NCBI GenBank assembly: GCA_944350115.1
Contig: CALVNZ010000004.1
Coordinates: 2,116 to 66,115, forward strand
Direction: 5' to 3'
Length of the DNA stretch: 64,000 nt
From: an uncultured Clostridia bacterium
Lineage (GTDB): Bacteria > Bacillota > Clostridia > Christensenellales > UBA1242
Positions 19,370-30,455 of the stretch are shown here, piece after piece. Every line of letters starts with the position of its first letter. The stretch's first letter is position 1. Below the pieces are notes generated by a model. It was not told the origin of the DNA and did no database searches. It saw only the letters and a list, made by a program, of their open reading frames with translations. The position numbers and the translations under genes are program-made.

Positions 19370-20638
19370 CTATTCAACCCATTCAAATTCAATATCTTTG
19401 ATTTTGACTATATCACCATTTTTTAGGCCTTTTTCTTTAAGCATGTCAATTATGCCCATTTCTTGCAGTCTGTTTTGAAAATAAGCAAAACTGCGTGGAT
19501 CGTCCAAAAACACTCCACGAACAAAATTGTCAATCTTTCCACCACTCACAACAAACACGTCGCCGTCTTTTTGAATTTCAACACTTGTGATGTCAGTTTT
19601 ATCAAAATCAAATTTTTCAACTTTAACAGGTGGTTTTTTAGGCAGTTTTGCAAGTTTTTCAAGCATTTTCAATTTAACTTGTTCAACTCCTTCATGAAGA
19701 ATAGAAGAAATCGGCATTGGAGTTATTTTATAAACTTTTTCGAATTCTTTTATTCTATTATTTAATTCTTCTTCGCTAAGCTCATCGCTCTTTGAAAAAA
19801 CCACAATTTGCGGAGTTTTTGCAAGTTCTTCGCTGTATTTTTCAAGTTCTTTATTGATAGTTTTAAAATCTTCTAAATAATTTCTACCATCTGCCTGGGA
19901 AACATCAATCAAATGCAAAATCAATCTCACCCTTTCAACATGCTTTAAAAAATAATGCCCGAGTCCTTGTCCTTCGCTTGCGCCTTCAATCAGCCCAGGA
20001 ATATCAGCAACAACAAAGGTTTGTCCTTTAACTTCCACCACACCTAAATTTGGGTAAAGCGTGGTAAAAGGATAGTTGGCTATTTTTGGATTTGCATTTG
20101 AAATAACAGACAAAAGCGTTGACTTGCCAACATTTGGAAAGCCCACCAATCCAACATCAGCAATGGTTTTTAATTCTAAAATAACTTCTCTTTCTTTTGT
20201 TTTAACGCCTTCTTGCGAAAAGGCTGGAGCTTGCTTTATTGATGTTTTATAATATGCGTTTCCATGTCCACCATTTCCGCCTCGCAAAGCCGTGAAAGTT
20301 TTGTCTTTTTCATTTAAATCGGCAATAACTTTGTTCGACTCTGCGTCAATAATAACCGTCCCACATGGCACTTCAATCACCAAGTCTTTGCCGTTTGCAC
20401 CTGTTTTTAATTGTTTTGAGCCTGCTTCACCATTTTCAGCATAAAATTTCTTTTTAAATCGAAAATTGTAAAGCGTGTTTTGATTTTCTGTGGCTTTAAA
20501 AATAATGTCGCCACCTTTTCCGCCATCGCCACCATCAGGACCACCTTTCATAGTCATTTTATTTCGCAAAAAACTCAGCGAACCATTTCCGCCATCACCT
20601 GATTTTATTTTAATTTTTACTCGATCTAAAAACATCAT
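19370..20638 (-). CDS. obg: GTPase Obg/CgtA
   Basis: 422 aa. It has the Gly-rich Obg fold (SGDGGNGSLSFLR, GGPDGGDGGKGG), the G1 motif GFPNVGKST and a C-terminal OCT domain. Confidence 0.97.
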   Translation of the reverse strand: MMFLDRVKIKIKSGDGGNGSLSFLRNKMTMKGGPDGGDGGKGGDIIFKATENQNTLYNFRFKKKFYAENGEAGSKQLKTGANGKDLVIEVPCGTVIIDAESNKVIADLNEKDKTFTALRGGNGGHGNAYYKTSIKQAPAFSQEGVKTKEREVILELKTIADVGLVGFPNVGKSTLLSVISNANPKIANYPFTTLYPNLGVVEVKGQTFVVADIPGLIEGASEGQGLGHYFLKHVERVRLILHLIDVSQADGRNYLEDFKTINKELEKYSEELAKTPQIVVFSKSDELSEEELNNRIKEFEKVYKITPMPISSILHEGVEQVKLKMLEKLAKLPKKPPVKVEKFDFDKTDITSVEIQKDGDVFVVSGGKIDNFVRGVFLDDPRSFAYFQNRLQEMGIIDMLKEKGLKNGDIVKIKDIEFEWVE

Positions 20639-21267
20639 TTCCCCTTTTTATCTGCAAAATAGGAACAATTTTTTTGGAATGGGCAACCCGCGCAGTCTGG
20701 CTTTATCGCTTTGCATTTATATCTTCCAAAAAGCACCATTTGATAATGTAATTTTGACCAATTTTTTTGATTAAAAAACTTTTTTAAGTCTTGTTCGACT
20801 AAATCAGGGTTATCATTTTTTGTCAAACCAAGCCTATTAGACACCCTTAAAACATGCGTGTCCACTGCAAAAGCGTCACCTTTGAACGCTTCTGAAATCA
20901 TAACATTGGCAGTCTTTCGACCAACCCCACGCAAAGACGTCAATTCTTCCATTGTTGACGGAACTTGCCCGCTAAACTTATCAACAATGTCTTTGCTGGC
21001 CTCTAAAATGGCTTTGGATTTAGCGTTGTAAAATCCACAAGAATAAATCAATTTTCCTAGTTTGTCTTGTGATAAAGTGATCATCTTTTCAGGTGTGTTG
21101 TAAGTTTTAAACAGGTTTTCAGTCACTTCATTGACTCTTTTGTCCGTGCATTGAGCCGATAAAATAACCGCAACCAAAAGTTCATATGGGCTTTTATAAT
21201 TAAGCTCACATTTCGGTTCAGGAATTAATTTGTCAAATTCTTCAACAATTTGCTTTTCGAGCATCAT
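20635..21267 (-). CDS. nth: Endonuclease III
   Basis: 210 aa. The HhH-GPD motif LRGVGRKTANV is present, with a C-terminal 4Fe-4S cluster CKAIKPDCAGCPFQKNC. Confidence 0.95.
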   Translation of the reverse strand: MMLEKQIVEEFDKLIPEPKCELNYKSPYELLVAVILSAQCTDKRVNEVTENLFKTYNTPEKMITLSQDKLGKLIYSCGFYNAKSKAILEASKDIVDKFSGQVPSTMEELTSLRGVGRKTANVMISEAFKGDAFAVDTHVLRVSNRLGLTKNDNPDLVEQDLKKFFNQKNWSKLHYQMVLFGRYKCKAIKPDCAGCPFQKNCSYFADKKGK

Positions 21268-22727
21268 TACCTCATAATTGGGAAAAGCACACTATCACGA
21301 ATGTTTGGAAGATCAAAAACAGTCATAATAAACCTATCAATTCCAAAACCAAGGCCTGAAATTGGAGGCATGCCATGTTCCATCGCGCGCAAGAAGTCTT
21401 CATCAAGATCCATCGCCTCATCGTCACCGCTCAATTTGTCTTTAAGTTGTGCTTCCAAAGTTTCACGTTGTTGAATTGGGTCAACAAGTTCAGAGTAAGC
21501 ATTGACAATTTCTGCCCCACAAACAATAACTTGGAAAGCATCAACGAGTCTTTCATCTTTGTCATTTCTTCTTGCAAGTGGTTTTAAAACAGCAGGATAA
21601 TTATATAAAATTGCTGGTCCAACCATTCCTTCACGAATCTTGCGTTTGTAAACAAAATCTATAAGAGCGCGAACAGATGTGTAAGGTTCAAGTTCAGCAT
21701 AAGAGAAAAGTTTTGCTTTTACAATTTTATCTTTAAACTTTTTAGCGTCTGTCTCGTCGAGGAAATCAAATCCCAAAAGTTTTTGCATTGAAGCAGTATA
21801 ATCAATTCTTTCCCATTCTTTACCAAAATCAACTTCATTGCCTTGATATGTGATTTTGGTAGTTCCAACAACTTCCATTAAAAGTTTTCTTAAAAAATCT
21901 TGGAAAAACTTGATGTTGTCTTCAAAATCCCAGTAAGAAGCATACCACTCAACTTGCGTGAATTCTTGCAAGTGTGTTGGATCCATGCCTTCATTTCTAA
22001 AATCTTTGCCAAGTTCAAAAACGCGATCAAAACCTCCGGCAATGGCTTGTTTTAACCATGTTTCGGTTGCAATTCTCAAATTGCATTCAAGATCAAGCGC
22101 ATTGTGTTTTGTGAAGAATGGTTTTGCTGTTGCGCCACTGACATTTGTTTGTAAAATAGGTGTTTCAATTTCAATAAAACCATTGTCTTCAAGATATCTT
22201 CGAACAAAAGAGCAAGCCTTGCTTCTTGCCAAAAACACTTTTCTTGCTTCTTCATTAACAACAAGGTCCAAATATCTTTGACGATATCTTGTTTCGATGT
22301 CTGTAAGTCCATGAAATTTTTCAGGAAGCGGTCTAAGAGCTTTTGAAAGCAAGGTTAATTTTTCTGCTCTAACAGTTACTTCGCCTGTTTGAGTGACATA
22401 AACTTCACCTTCAACTCCAACAAAATCTCCCAAATCTATCATTTTTTTATAAAAATCATAGTCTTGTTCATTTATTTCATTGCGCCCTACTGAAACTTGA
22501 ATATAGCTTTCAATATCTCTAATTTGCATGAAACCAAACTTACCCATAATGCGTCTAAAAACCATACGCCCTGCAACTTTGACTTTTTGTCCAATCTTTT
22601 CGCGGGCATCTTTAATTTTATCAGTCCTATCAAATTTTGCTTTATAAACAATTTCGCCTTGTTTTTTTAATTCATTGATTTTTTCGCGTCTAATATCAAC
22701 TTCGTTTGATAAATTAACTTCTGCCAT
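21267..22727 (-). CDS. lysS: Lysine--tRNA ligase (class II)
   Basis: The ATG at 22727 after AGGAGAAA gives MAEVNLSNEVDIRREKINELK... The product has an OB anticodon-binding domain plus a class II core (FRNEG, GLGFGIDR). Confidence 0.96.
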   Translation of the reverse strand: MAEVNLSNEVDIRREKINELKKQGEIVYKAKFDRTDKIKDAREKIGQKVKVAGRMVFRRIMGKFGFMQIRDIESYIQVSVGRNEINEQDYDFYKKMIDLGDFVGVEGEVYVTQTGEVTVRAEKLTLLSKALRPLPEKFHGLTDIETRYRQRYLDLVVNEEARKVFLARSKACSFVRRYLEDNGFIEIETPILQTNVSGATAKPFFTKHNALDLECNLRIATETWLKQAIAGGFDRVFELGKDFRNEGMDPTHLQEFTQVEWYASYWDFEDNIKFFQDFLRKLLMEVVGTTKITYQGNEVDFGKEWERIDYTASMQKLLGFDFLDETDAKKFKDKIVKAKLFSYAELEPYTSVRALIDFVYKRKIREGMVGPAILYNYPAVLKPLARRNDKDERLVDAFQVIVCGAEIVNAYSELVDPIQQRETLEAQLKDKLSGDDEAMDLDEDFLRAMEHGMPPISGLGFGIDRFIMTVFDLPNIRDSVLFPIMR

Positions 22728-22782
22728 CTTTTTCTCCTTATATACATAAAAAAAGATATCATTAATCTGGCTAAAAGTCAAT

Positions 22783-23316
22783 TTAATTAAAGCGATTTTG
22801 ATAAAACTTTATGTTTTTGACAACCTTTTTTAAATATTCTTCCGTTTCTTTATAAGGTATTTTAGAAAGAGTTTTGCCGTCACTGCTAAACTGTTTATCA
22901 TTAAGCCAAGCTTTCACCTTGTTTGGCCCAGCATTGTATGCACAAATCACAAGATTTAAGTCGTTAAAATAAGAAAAAAGTTTAGATAAATAAAAAGTGC
23001 CAAGAGTTATGTTAATTTCTGGATCATAAAAGTTTTCAGTTGATATTTTTAATTCTTTCGCGAGCTCTTTCGCTGTTGTCGGCATAACTTGCATTAAGCC
23101 AATCGCTCCTTTTGATGAAGTGGCATTTTCATTAAACGAACTTTCAGCATTAATCACTGATGCTATTATCTCTGGTTCGACTGAATAATTTAAACTTGCT
23201 GAAATGATCAAATTTTCATATTTTAATGGATAAACTAAATCATAGATAAAAAAAGTCAAAGCCACCACAACAAGCGTGACTAGACTTAAAATGAGAAGTT
23301 GAAACTTAACTTTCAT
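22783..23316 (-). CDS. Lytic transglycosylase (SLT domain), membrane anchored
   Basis: 177 aa with an N-terminal TM. Motifs AESSFNENATSSKGAIGLMQV and AYNAGP are present. Confidence 0.88.
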   Translation of the reverse strand: MKVKFQLLILSLVTLVVVALTFFIYDLVYPLKYENLIISASLNYSVEPEIIASVINAESSFNENATSSKGAIGLMQVMPTTAKELAKELKISTENFYDPEINITLGTFYLSKLFSYFNDLNLVICAYNAGPNKVKAWLNDKQFSSDGKTLSKIPYKETEEYLKKVVKNIKFYQNRFN

Positions 23317-23344
23317 GTTTTTATGTTATGTTGTAGCCAAAGTT

Positions 23345-23569
23345 TTATTCGCTAGCGAAAAATCCAGCAAATGTTGAGTATCCCCTAATTGGAAAATGTT
23401 TTTTTACAATTTCAAGATAATCACTTAAAAATCTAACAGAAATGCCACAAGTGCGCCCAGCGTGTTTTGGTGTCGCTGTAACAAGACAAGGTATTCCAAG
23501 CTTTTTTAAATAATTTGCAAACGAAAGAGTTTCGTTTCGCGAAGTAAAAACTGCATAGGTATATCGCAA
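23345..23569 (-). CDS. DUF3343-like putative Se/S carrier protein
   Basis: 74 aa. The pattern ...VTATPKHAGRTCGISVRF with a single conserved Cys is present. It is divergent from a class V cysteine desulfurase. Confidence 0.6.
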   Translation of the reverse strand: MRYTYAVFTSRNETLSFANYLKKLGIPCLVTATPKHAGRTCGISVRFLSDYLEIVKKHFPIRGYSTFAGFFASE

Positions 23570-23654
23570 ACTGTACCTCCCTTATTCACCAATTCTCCTC
23601 AATATCACTATATTATTAAAAGAAGCAATATGTTTCCAAAAGGAGGCAAAAATT

Positions 23655-24800
23655 TTGATATATTTAGACAACAGTGCAACAACTTTAATAAAACCAAAAG
23701 AGGTTTTAAGGAAATTAAATCTCGCCGTCACCAAATATTGTGCAAACCCTGGAAGAAGCGGACATAAAATGAGCATATTAACGGCAATGGAAGTTGAAGA
23801 AACCCGCTTTAAACTAGCAAAAATGTTTAACTTAAACAACGAAAACGATGTTGTTTTCACTGCAAACTGTTCATCTGCTTTAAATCTGGCAATTTTAGGC
23901 TCAGTGCAAGAAGGTGGTCATGTGATTTGCACCGAAAACGAACACAATTCTGTTTTAAGACCTTTACAACACCTTCAAGATGAAGGCAAAATAGAATATA
24001 CTGTCGCATTCCAGTCAAAAAAAGGTGGCATAACAAGAGAGGACATTGAAAGATGTTTAAAGCCAAACACTTACATGGTTATATGCAATCACATTTCAAA
24101 TGTAAACGGCGACACTTGTGATATTCAAGCGGTTGGAAAACTATGCCAAGAAAAAGGACTACTATTTTTAGTTGATGGAGCGCAAAGTGGCGGACATGAA
24201 ATAATTGATATGAAAAAAAATAATATTTCATTTTTGTCGCTTGCCCCACATAAAGGTTTTTACGCTTTGCAAGGTTTAGGTGTTTTGCTGGTAAATGAGC
24301 CTGATAAATTATCTCCAATCTTGTTTGGAGGCACAGGAACCAACTCTTTAGAACTTGTTCAACCTTTGGCTTTACCTGAACGCTTTGAAGTCGGCACAAT
24401 CGCCACCCCTGCAATTTACGCACTTTCTGGCGGAATAGATTTTATAAATGAAAATTTTACGCTAATTCATGAACACCTTGACGACCTGACAACATTTTTG
24501 CACTATGAACTTTCTTCCTATCCAATTGAAATCTACACAACAACAGAAAACGCAAAAGGCGTTTTTGCCTTCAATATTCCAAACATGCATTCAAATGAGG
24601 TCGCAACTTTGTTTGATGAAAAATTTGGCATCTGTGTTCGCGGTGGCTATCATTGTGCAGCAAAAAAACATGAAGCGCTTGGGCTTTTAGATCAGGGTGC
24701 AGTGCGAATTTCGCTTTCATATTTTACAACTTTTTCCGATGTTCAAAAATTGATATTTGCAGTAAAATCAATCTTAAAATCAAAAAAACACGCAAAATAA
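23655..24800 (+). CDS. Cysteine desulfurase / class V aminotransferase
   Basis: 381 aa. TTG start 8 nt after AAGGAGG. Blocks IYLDNSATT and SLAPHKG (PLP lysine) are present, and there is a C-terminal GYHCA block. Confidence 0.88.
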   Translation: MIYLDNSATTLIKPKEVLRKLNLAVTKYCANPGRSGHKMSILTAMEVEETRFKLAKMFNLNNENDVVFTANCSSALNLAILGSVQEGGHVICTENEHNSVLRPLQHLQDEGKIEYTVAFQSKKGGITREDIERCLKPNTYMVICNHISNVNGDTCDIQAVGKLCQEKGLLFLVDGAQSGGHEIIDMKKNNISFLSLAPHKGFYALQGLGVLLVNEPDKLSPILFGGTGTNSLELVQPLALPERFEVGTIATPAIYALSGGIDFINENFTLIHEHLDDLTTFLHYELSSYPIEIYTTTENAKGVFAFNIPNMHSNEVATLFDEKFGICVRGGYHCAAKKHEALGLLDQGAVRISLSYFTTFSDVQKLIFAVKSILKSKKHAK

Positions 24801-24802
24801 TC

Positions 24803-24832
24803 AAAAAAAAGAGCTTTTCGCTCTTTTTTTTT
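24803..24832. terminator. Bidirectional intrinsic terminator
   Basis: AAAAAAAAGAGC-ttttc-GCTCTTTTTTTTT between convergent genes. Confidence 0.65.
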
Positions 24833-25529
24833 ATAAATAATAAATTATGCTTCTGCAATTTTCACACGTGAGCATATGTTCACTTTTTAGCTTTGAAATG
24901 GCAGATGCTGAAAGTTCCATTCTGCAACGCCCACAAGCATTTCCTACTAGTTGAACATAAACAGGGAAAATTTTATCTTCGCGTTTTTTGTTATATTTTT
25001 CCAAAGTTTCTTTATCAACTTTTTTAGCAAGCGCAGTAAGTTCAGTTTTTATAGCATTCATTTGTGGTTGAAGCTCGCTGACTTTTTGGTCATAAGCGGC
25101 TTTAAACTTTTGATATTGAACTTTTGCATCGTTATATAATTTAATTGTTCTATTGAACTCACTTAAAATTTGGTTTATAGTTTCAGCAAGTTTTGTGAGT
25201 CTTTTGTCAAGAAGCGTAAGATTTGACGCAACTCTTTCTTTTCTGTTTAAAAGTTCATCAATTTCATCTTCATCCATTTTTTCAGGATCTGCTTTCAAAA
25301 CTTCCAATCCATGTTTTTTTGTTGATGCAATAGTTTTTTGCAATTCATCCATTTCTTTGATTATTGCACTTGCCTGCTCTTCAAGTTGATTAGATTTAAC
25401 TTGTGAATCGCGTGCGGTTTGATTTAATTGCGCGCATTTTTGTTTGTTTGGGTCTTTTGCAAGAGATTGTTCGAGTGAAAAAAGCTTTTTGTCAATCTCT
25501 TGATAATCTAAAATTGCTTTAAGTTCCAT
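24831..25529 (-). CDS. Coiled-coil protein with C-terminal zinc ribbon (COG1579-like)
   Basis: 232 aa. Long heptad-like region, with the C-terminus CGRCRMEL...CENCRSIIY. Confidence 0.75.
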   Translation of the reverse strand: MELKAILDYQEIDKKLFSLEQSLAKDPNKQKCAQLNQTARDSQVKSNQLEEQASAIIKEMDELQKTIASTKKHGLEVLKADPEKMDEDEIDELLNRKERVASNLTLLDKRLTKLAETINQILSEFNRTIKLYNDAKVQYQKFKAAYDQKVSELQPQMNAIKTELTALAKKVDKETLEKYNKKREDKIFPVYVQLVGNACGRCRMELSASAISKLKSEHMLTCENCRSIIYYL

Positions 25530-25547
25530 AAAAATCTCCTCTCTAAA

Positions 25548-26612
25548 TTAATCCATAAAATCCACAAGTTTTTTACTTCTGTTTGGATGTTTTAATTTTC
25601 TAAGCGCTTTTGCTTCAATTTGACGAATACGCTCTCTCGTAACTTTAAATTCCTTTCCCACTTCTTCAAGAGTTTTTGCTCTGCCATCTTTTAAGCCATA
25701 TCTTTGACGAATAACTTCTTGCTCACGAGGAGTAAGGGTGTCAATAACAGCCAAAAGTTGTTCACGAAGAAGAGTTTGAGTTGCGTATTCCACAGGTGAT
25801 TTGATTGATTCGTCAACAATAATATCAGTGAGTTTTGAATCTTCTTCTTCACCAATAGGTGTTTCCAATGAAACAGGATCCAATCCTATTTTTTGAATTT
25901 CAACAACTTTCGCTTCGCTTATTCCCATTTCCTCTGCGATTTCTTCTGTGGTCGGTTCACGACATAATTTTTGAGTCAATTGACGCACAACTCTTTGTGC
26001 TTTGTTGATTGTTTCGACCATGTGAACAGGAATTCTTATTGTTCTAGATTGATCAGCAATAGCACGAGTAATTGATTGACGAATCCACCAAGTCGCATAA
26101 GTTGAAAACTTGAAACCTTTTGAATAATCAAATCTTTCAACGGCTTTTAATAGCCCCAAATTCCCTTCTTGAATTAAATCGAGAAATGACAAACTTGAAG
26201 CTCTTGACGCCCATTTTTTAGCAACGCTGACAACAAGTCTTAAATTCGCTTCGCAAAATTTTGCTTTGGCATATTCATCGCCTTTCAAAATTCTTTGAGC
26301 AAGGTCAATTTCTTCTTCTGGCGTAAGCAAAGGAACTTTTCCAATATCTTTTAAGTAAACTTTAACAGGGTCATCAACGCCGTATTCAGGAATAAGATCC
26401 GCAAAGTCTTCTTTTGAAATGTCTTCCTCTTCATTTGAACGAATGACTTTGATTCCTCTGTTTTCAAGTTTTTCAACAAAAGCTCTAATAGCATCTGGCG
26501 ATATGTCAAAACGAAGAACTCTGCAATAGATGTCATATTCATTAATAGACCCTTTTTTTTGAGCTAGTTCTTCAATTTTTTTAAGTTCAGCTTCAATTTT
26601 AGTGTCAAGCAT
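25548..26612 (-). CDS. sigA: RNA polymerase primary sigma factor
   Basis: The ATG at 26612 after GGAGGG gives [12 protein letters not shown]... Region 2 ([16 protein letters not shown]) and region 4.2 ([20 protein letters not shown]) are present. It overlaps the dnaG stop by 8 nt. Confidence 0.96.
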   Translation of the reverse strand: MLDTKIEAELKKIEELAQKKGSINEYDIYCRVLRFDISPDAIRAFVEKLENRGIKVIRSNEEEDISKEDFADLIPEYGVDDPVKVYLKDIGKVPLLTPEEEIDLAQRILKGDEYAKAKFCEANLRLVVSVAKKWASRASSLSFLDLIQEGNLGLLKAVERFDYSKGFKFSTYATWWIRQSITRAIADQSRTIRIPVHMVETINKAQRVVRQLTQKLCREPTTEEIAEEMGISEAKVVEIQKIGLDPVSLETPIGEEEDSKLTDIIVDESIKSPVEYATQTLLREQLLAVIDTLTPREQEVIRQRYGLKDGRAKTLEEVGKEFKVTRERIRQIEAKALRKLKHPNRSKKLVDFMD

Positions 26613-28377
26613 AAAAGCCCTCCATATTTTTTTCTCTAATTTTCTTGTCAACTGCCTGCGCCTTAATCAGCAAAGCTTTTCGCTCATCAAGGTCAGTTGA
26701 ATTTTTGTATGCGTTCATGATTTCATCTTTTTCACATTTGAGTTTTTCTTCAACAAGCGTCCACACACACTCGGCAAAATATTGTTTTTCATTGCCCTTG
26801 GCTTCTGCAAAATTGAAATAAATTATTTCCTGCCAAAAAGGATCATCAGCATCAATTCTATCCAACAAACTCGAAACTCTTGGAACAGATTTTATCAAAT
26901 TTAATTCTTCAATATATTGGCTTAAAAGTTTTTCGTAATCAATTTTTTCATCAACGAAGTCTTTTTTATGAAGAATTGATGCAAGAATAAATCTAACAGC
27001 CCTTTTATTCCCATTAATTCGTTCAGATAAAACGGTTTTTTCACTTTTTTGAAAAGTTGGCATGATTGCGATTCCTAGCGATCTTCGCAAAGTATCAACA
27101 GGGATTTGCGTCAAATCTCTTAACTTAAACAAATATGGGTCTTGCTCTGCCGCAGAAAGTTTTTTAAGTTTTGCAAGCACTTCTTTAACAAACTCACCTT
27201 TTTGATCAGCTTTATTCAAATCATATTTTTCCAAAGCAAGTTGTATAAAGTAGTCAATGACTCCTGTTGCTTCATCCAAAAGTTTTTGCATTTCAGCTTG
27301 TCCATTTGCCTTAACAAACTCGTCAGGATCTTGACCTTTTGGAAGTCTTGCGACCTTAACACGACAACCGGCTTCTTCTAATATATCAATAGATCTAATT
27401 GTCGCTTTAATTCCTGCTTCATCACCGTCAAAGCATAAAATAATGTCTTCACAAAGTCTTTTTAGTTCTTTGGCATGATCTGCCGTAAGAGCAGTTCCTA
27501 AACAAGCCACCGTGTTTTTAAATCCTGCTCTGTGCATAGAAATGACATCAATTTGTCCTTCAACTATGATGATGTTGTTTAAGCCTTTTTCTTGCTTTAA
27601 CTTTTTCAACAAATTGATTCCAAACACCACTTTACTTTTTTGAAAAACTGGGGTTTCGGCTGTGTTTTTATATTTAGCAAAATCAGTTTTTTCAAGTGCC
27701 CTAGCAGTAAATCCAATGCACTCACCAAAAGAGTTTAAAATAGGAAAAACAAGTCTTTCCCCCATTGCATCATAAAGTTTTCCTTGATCTTTTGATTGAG
27801 CCGCGCCCGACGCCAAAAGTTGTTCATTTGAAAAGCCTTGCTTGGTTAAATAGTTTATAAGTTCATACCAGTTTAAACTATATCCAATTTCAAAATCTTC
27901 AAGTTCATGACGAGTGAAACCTCTTTTCTTTATGTATTCTTGTGCTGGCTTAGCTTGTGGCAAGTAAATATTTTCATGATAATGTTTTTTAGCCAAATCT
28001 AATATTTTTAAAATGGTGTCTTTGTCTTTTTTTCGTTTTATCAAGTTTTCGTCAGTTGAAATTTCTGGCAGTGGCATTTTTGCCATTTCAGCAAGTCTTA
28101 TTACTGCATCGTGAAAATCACAAGATTCAATTTTTTCAATAAAAGTGATGACATCACCGCCCTCTTTACAACCAAAACAATGGTATAAGCCTTCATATTG
28201 ATCAACAGTAAACGATGGTGTTTTTTCACGATGAAAAGGGCAACAACCCCAAAATTTGTTCCCCCTTTGCTCCAATTGCACATATTTTGAAACAACACTT
28301 ACGATATCGTTCTTACGTTTAAGCTCGTCCAGCCAATCTGGCGAAAAACCTCTAATACTCACTAATTCCTCTGTCAA
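26605..28377 (-). CDS. dnaG: DNA primase
   Basis: 590 aa. CHC2 zinc finger is [13 protein letters not shown]...CFGC, with TOPRIM motifs VEGQIDV and FDGDEAG. Confidence 0.96.
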   Translation of the reverse strand: MTEELVSIRGFSPDWLDELKRKNDIVSVVSKYVQLEQRGNKFWGCCPFHREKTPSFTVDQYEGLYHCFGCKEGGDVITFIEKIESCDFHDAVIRLAEMAKMPLPEISTDENLIKRKKDKDTILKILDLAKKHYHENIYLPQAKPAQEYIKKRGFTRHELEDFEIGYSLNWYELINYLTKQGFSNEQLLASGAAQSKDQGKLYDAMGERLVFPILNSFGECIGFTARALEKTDFAKYKNTAETPVFQKSKVVFGINLLKKLKQEKGLNNIIIVEGQIDVISMHRAGFKNTVACLGTALTADHAKELKRLCEDIILCFDGDEAGIKATIRSIDILEEAGCRVKVARLPKGQDPDEFVKANGQAEMQKLLDEATGVIDYFIQLALEKYDLNKADQKGEFVKEVLAKLKKLSAAEQDPYLFKLRDLTQIPVDTLRRSLGIAIMPTFQKSEKTVLSERINGNKRAVRFILASILHKKDFVDEKIDYEKLLSQYIEELNLIKSVPRVSSLLDRIDADDPFWQEIIYFNFAEAKGNEKQYFAECVWTLVEEKLKCEKDEIMNAYKNSTDLDERKALLIKAQAVDKKIREKNMEGFYA

Positions 28378-28458
28378 TTAAATCGTTTCTAATTAATTAT
28401 ACGCATCAAACTTAAAAAATCCTTTTTTTTTCTTAAAGAAAATTTTGTTTTTATAACT

Positions 28459-29355
28459 TTATTTGCGAGATAGCAGTTTTATAGCCTCTGTTGCAGCAAT
28501 TGCTCCTGTTGCCGTTGCAGTCACAATCTGTTTTACATCAATATTTGAAACGTCGCCACAAGCAAACACGCCTTCCAAAGATGTGCGCATATGCTCATCT
28601 GTTTTGATGTATCCCTTTTCGTCCAAATCGACCTTGCCTTTAAGCATTAAAGTGTCAGGCGTTCTACCTATCGCAACAAAAACCCCATCTGCTTTTATTG
28701 GCTCATTTTGCCTGTCAATTTCAACGCTTTCAACAAATTGATCGCCATTTATTTTCGTTACATGAGAATTAAAATAAAGTTGAACATTTTTTAATTTTTC
28801 TAAAATGGTCTTAGGATAAGATTTAAGTTTTAATTCTGGATTTTTAGAAATGATAGACACACTTTTGCAAATTGACAAAAGATAAAGTGCTGACGCAACT
28901 GCCGACTCCCCTGATCCAACCACCACAACATCTTTGTTTTTGAAAAAGTTGCCATCGCAGGTTGCACAATAACTCACACCTTTTCCTACAAAATCTTTCT
29001 CACCTTCAACATCAAGTTCTTTTGAATTTGCCCCCATTGCGAAAATCACAACCTTTGCTCCATAGTTTTGTTTTTTTCCAACAACAATTTTTTTGTTTTT
29101 TTGCACCTTAAAATCCGTCATGACATCGCTGACAAACTCAACTCCCAAACTTTTAGCTTGCTTGCGAAAAGCATCTGCCAAAACATAGCCCTCCACTTTT
29201 GAAAAGCCAGGGTAATTTTCTATTTCTCCAATTGATGCCACTTGCCCGCCGATGATAGCGCGTTCAATGACCAAAACATTTTTGCCCGCACGTTTAGCGT
29301 AAATTCCGGCAGTGATACCCGCAGGGCCTGCACCTACAATAACAATGTCAAACAT
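28459..29355 (-). CDS. trxB: Thioredoxin-disulfide reductase
   Basis: 298 aa. The FAD motif GAGPAG and the redox-active CATCDG are present. Confidence 0.95.
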   Translation of the reverse strand: MFDIVIVGAGPAGITAGIYAKRAGKNVLVIERAIIGGQVASIGEIENYPGFSKVEGYVLADAFRKQAKSLGVEFVSDVMTDFKVQKNKKIVVGKKQNYGAKVVIFAMGANSKELDVEGEKDFVGKGVSYCATCDGNFFKNKDVVVVGSGESAVASALYLLSICKSVSIISKNPELKLKSYPKTILEKLKNVQLYFNSHVTKINGDQFVESVEIDRQNEPIKADGVFVAIGRTPDTLMLKGKVDLDEKGYIKTDEHMRTSLEGVFACGDVSNIDVKQIVTATATGAIAATEAIKLLSRK

Positions 29356-29408
29356 ATAAACCTCTTTTACTTAAATATTTTAGCACACCAACAAAAGTTC
29401 CAACAAAC

Positions 29409-29437
29409 AAAAAAGATGCAAAAAATGCATCTTTTGT
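29409..29437 (-). terminator. Intrinsic terminator after rpsI
   Basis: Stem AAAAGATGCA / TGCATCTTTT with a T-run on the minus strand. Confidence 0.6.
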
Positions 29438-29438
29438 T

Positions 29439-29858
29439 TTAACGTTTGCTAAATTGTGGAGCTTTACGAGCTTTCTTAAGACCGTATTTCTTCCTTTCCT
29501 TCATTCTTGGATCTCTTGTAAGGAATCCAGCTTTTTTGAGTTCAGCTTTGTAAGTTTCGTTAACCTTAACAAGAGCTCTAGCGAGTCCATGACAAATTGC
29601 GCCAGCTTGACCTGCAATTCCGCCACCATCACATTTGATTCTAATATCAAACTTATCACGAGTTTGAGTTAATTCAAGCGGTTGCAAAGCGACCAAAAGC
29701 AATGTATCGCGTTGAAGATATTCTCCAATTTCTTTGTCATTAACTTTAATAACGCCTTTGCCTGGCTTCATTCTAACTCTAGCAACACTTGATTTTCTTC
29801 TGCCAGTTGCAATAAATTCAGCAACGACTTTTTTTGCTACTTTCTTTTCTTCAGCCAT
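29439..29858 (-). CDS. rpsI: 30S ribosomal protein S9
   Basis: 139 aa. Blocks [14 protein letters not shown] and the C-terminal [12 protein letters not shown] are present. Confidence 0.97.
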   Translation of the reverse strand: MAEEKKVAKKVVAEFIATGRRKSSVARVRMKPGKGVIKVNDKEIGEYLQRDTLLLVALQPLELTQTRDKFDIRIKCDGGGIAGQAGAICHGLARALVKVNETYKAELKKAGFLTRDPRMKERKKYGLKKARKAPQFSKR

Positions 29859-30301
29859 TATTTTCTCACTCCTTTAACTTCAACTACTTCAGGTTTTTGA
29901 GCTTCTTGCTTGTGTTCAGCATCGCGATAAACCTTCATTCTTGTGAATTGTTTTCTTCCAAGAGATGTTTTAGGAAGCATACCTTTAACAGCTTTTTCAA
30001 CAGCCTTAGGAGAATTTTCACTCATAAGTTTGTCATATTTAACTTCTTTAAGACCTCCAATATAACCGGTGTGCCAAATCATTTTTTTCTTTTCAAGCTT
30101 TTTGCCAGTAAGAACAATTTTATCGCTATTCAAAACAATGACAAAATCACCAGTGTCAACATGAGGTGTGTAAATTACTTTATTTTTTCCAGTCAAAATG
30201 TCAGCAACAGTGGTTGCAACTCTACCAAGTGGAAGTCCTGCAGCATCAACGACATACCACTTTCTTTCAATTTCGGCTGGTTTTGCCATAAAAGTTTTCA
30301 T
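29858..30301 (-). CDS. rplM: 50S ribosomal protein L13
   Basis: 147 aa. Block [18 protein letters not shown] is present, and the rplM-rpsI order is conserved. Confidence 0.97.
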   Translation of the reverse strand: MKTFMAKPAEIERKWYVVDAAGLPLGRVATTVADILTGKNKVIYTPHVDTGDFVIVLNSDKIVLTGKKLEKKKMIWHTGYIGGLKEVKYDKLMSENSPKAVEKAVKGMLPKTSLGRKQFTRMKVYRDAEHKQEAQKPEVVEVKGVRK

Positions 30302-30393
30302 TATAAATTATCCTCCGAAATGATTACGCAACAAGCACTGATTATTTATGGGGCTAATATAAATAAAAAGACGCTTTTATTTGCGACTTTTAT

Positions 30394-30422
30394 ATTTTAT
30401 ATATAATAGAGATATTTGTCAA
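30394..30422 (-). promoter_or_regulatory. Sigma-A promoter for rplM-rpsI
   Basis: Minus strand reads TTGACA, a 17-nt spacer, then TAAAAT. A leader of about 85 nt follows before the GGAGGA RBS. Confidence 0.65.
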
Positions 30423-30455
30423 GTGATTTTCAAAAGATTTCGGCTATTTTTTTAA

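Noticed and set aside
21267-22790. T-box leaders or other riboswitches upstream of lysS, alaS and other aaRS or ribosomal genes
   Set aside because: The intergenic spaces upstream of lysS (about 55 nt) and alaS (9 nt) are too short for a T-box. The roughly 85-nt rplM leader shows only a weak imperfect hairpin.
23582-23860. 92-aa minus-strand ORF across the start of the cysteine desulfurase gene
   Set aside because: It lies antisense to a strongly supported gene and its RBS region, and shows no motif.
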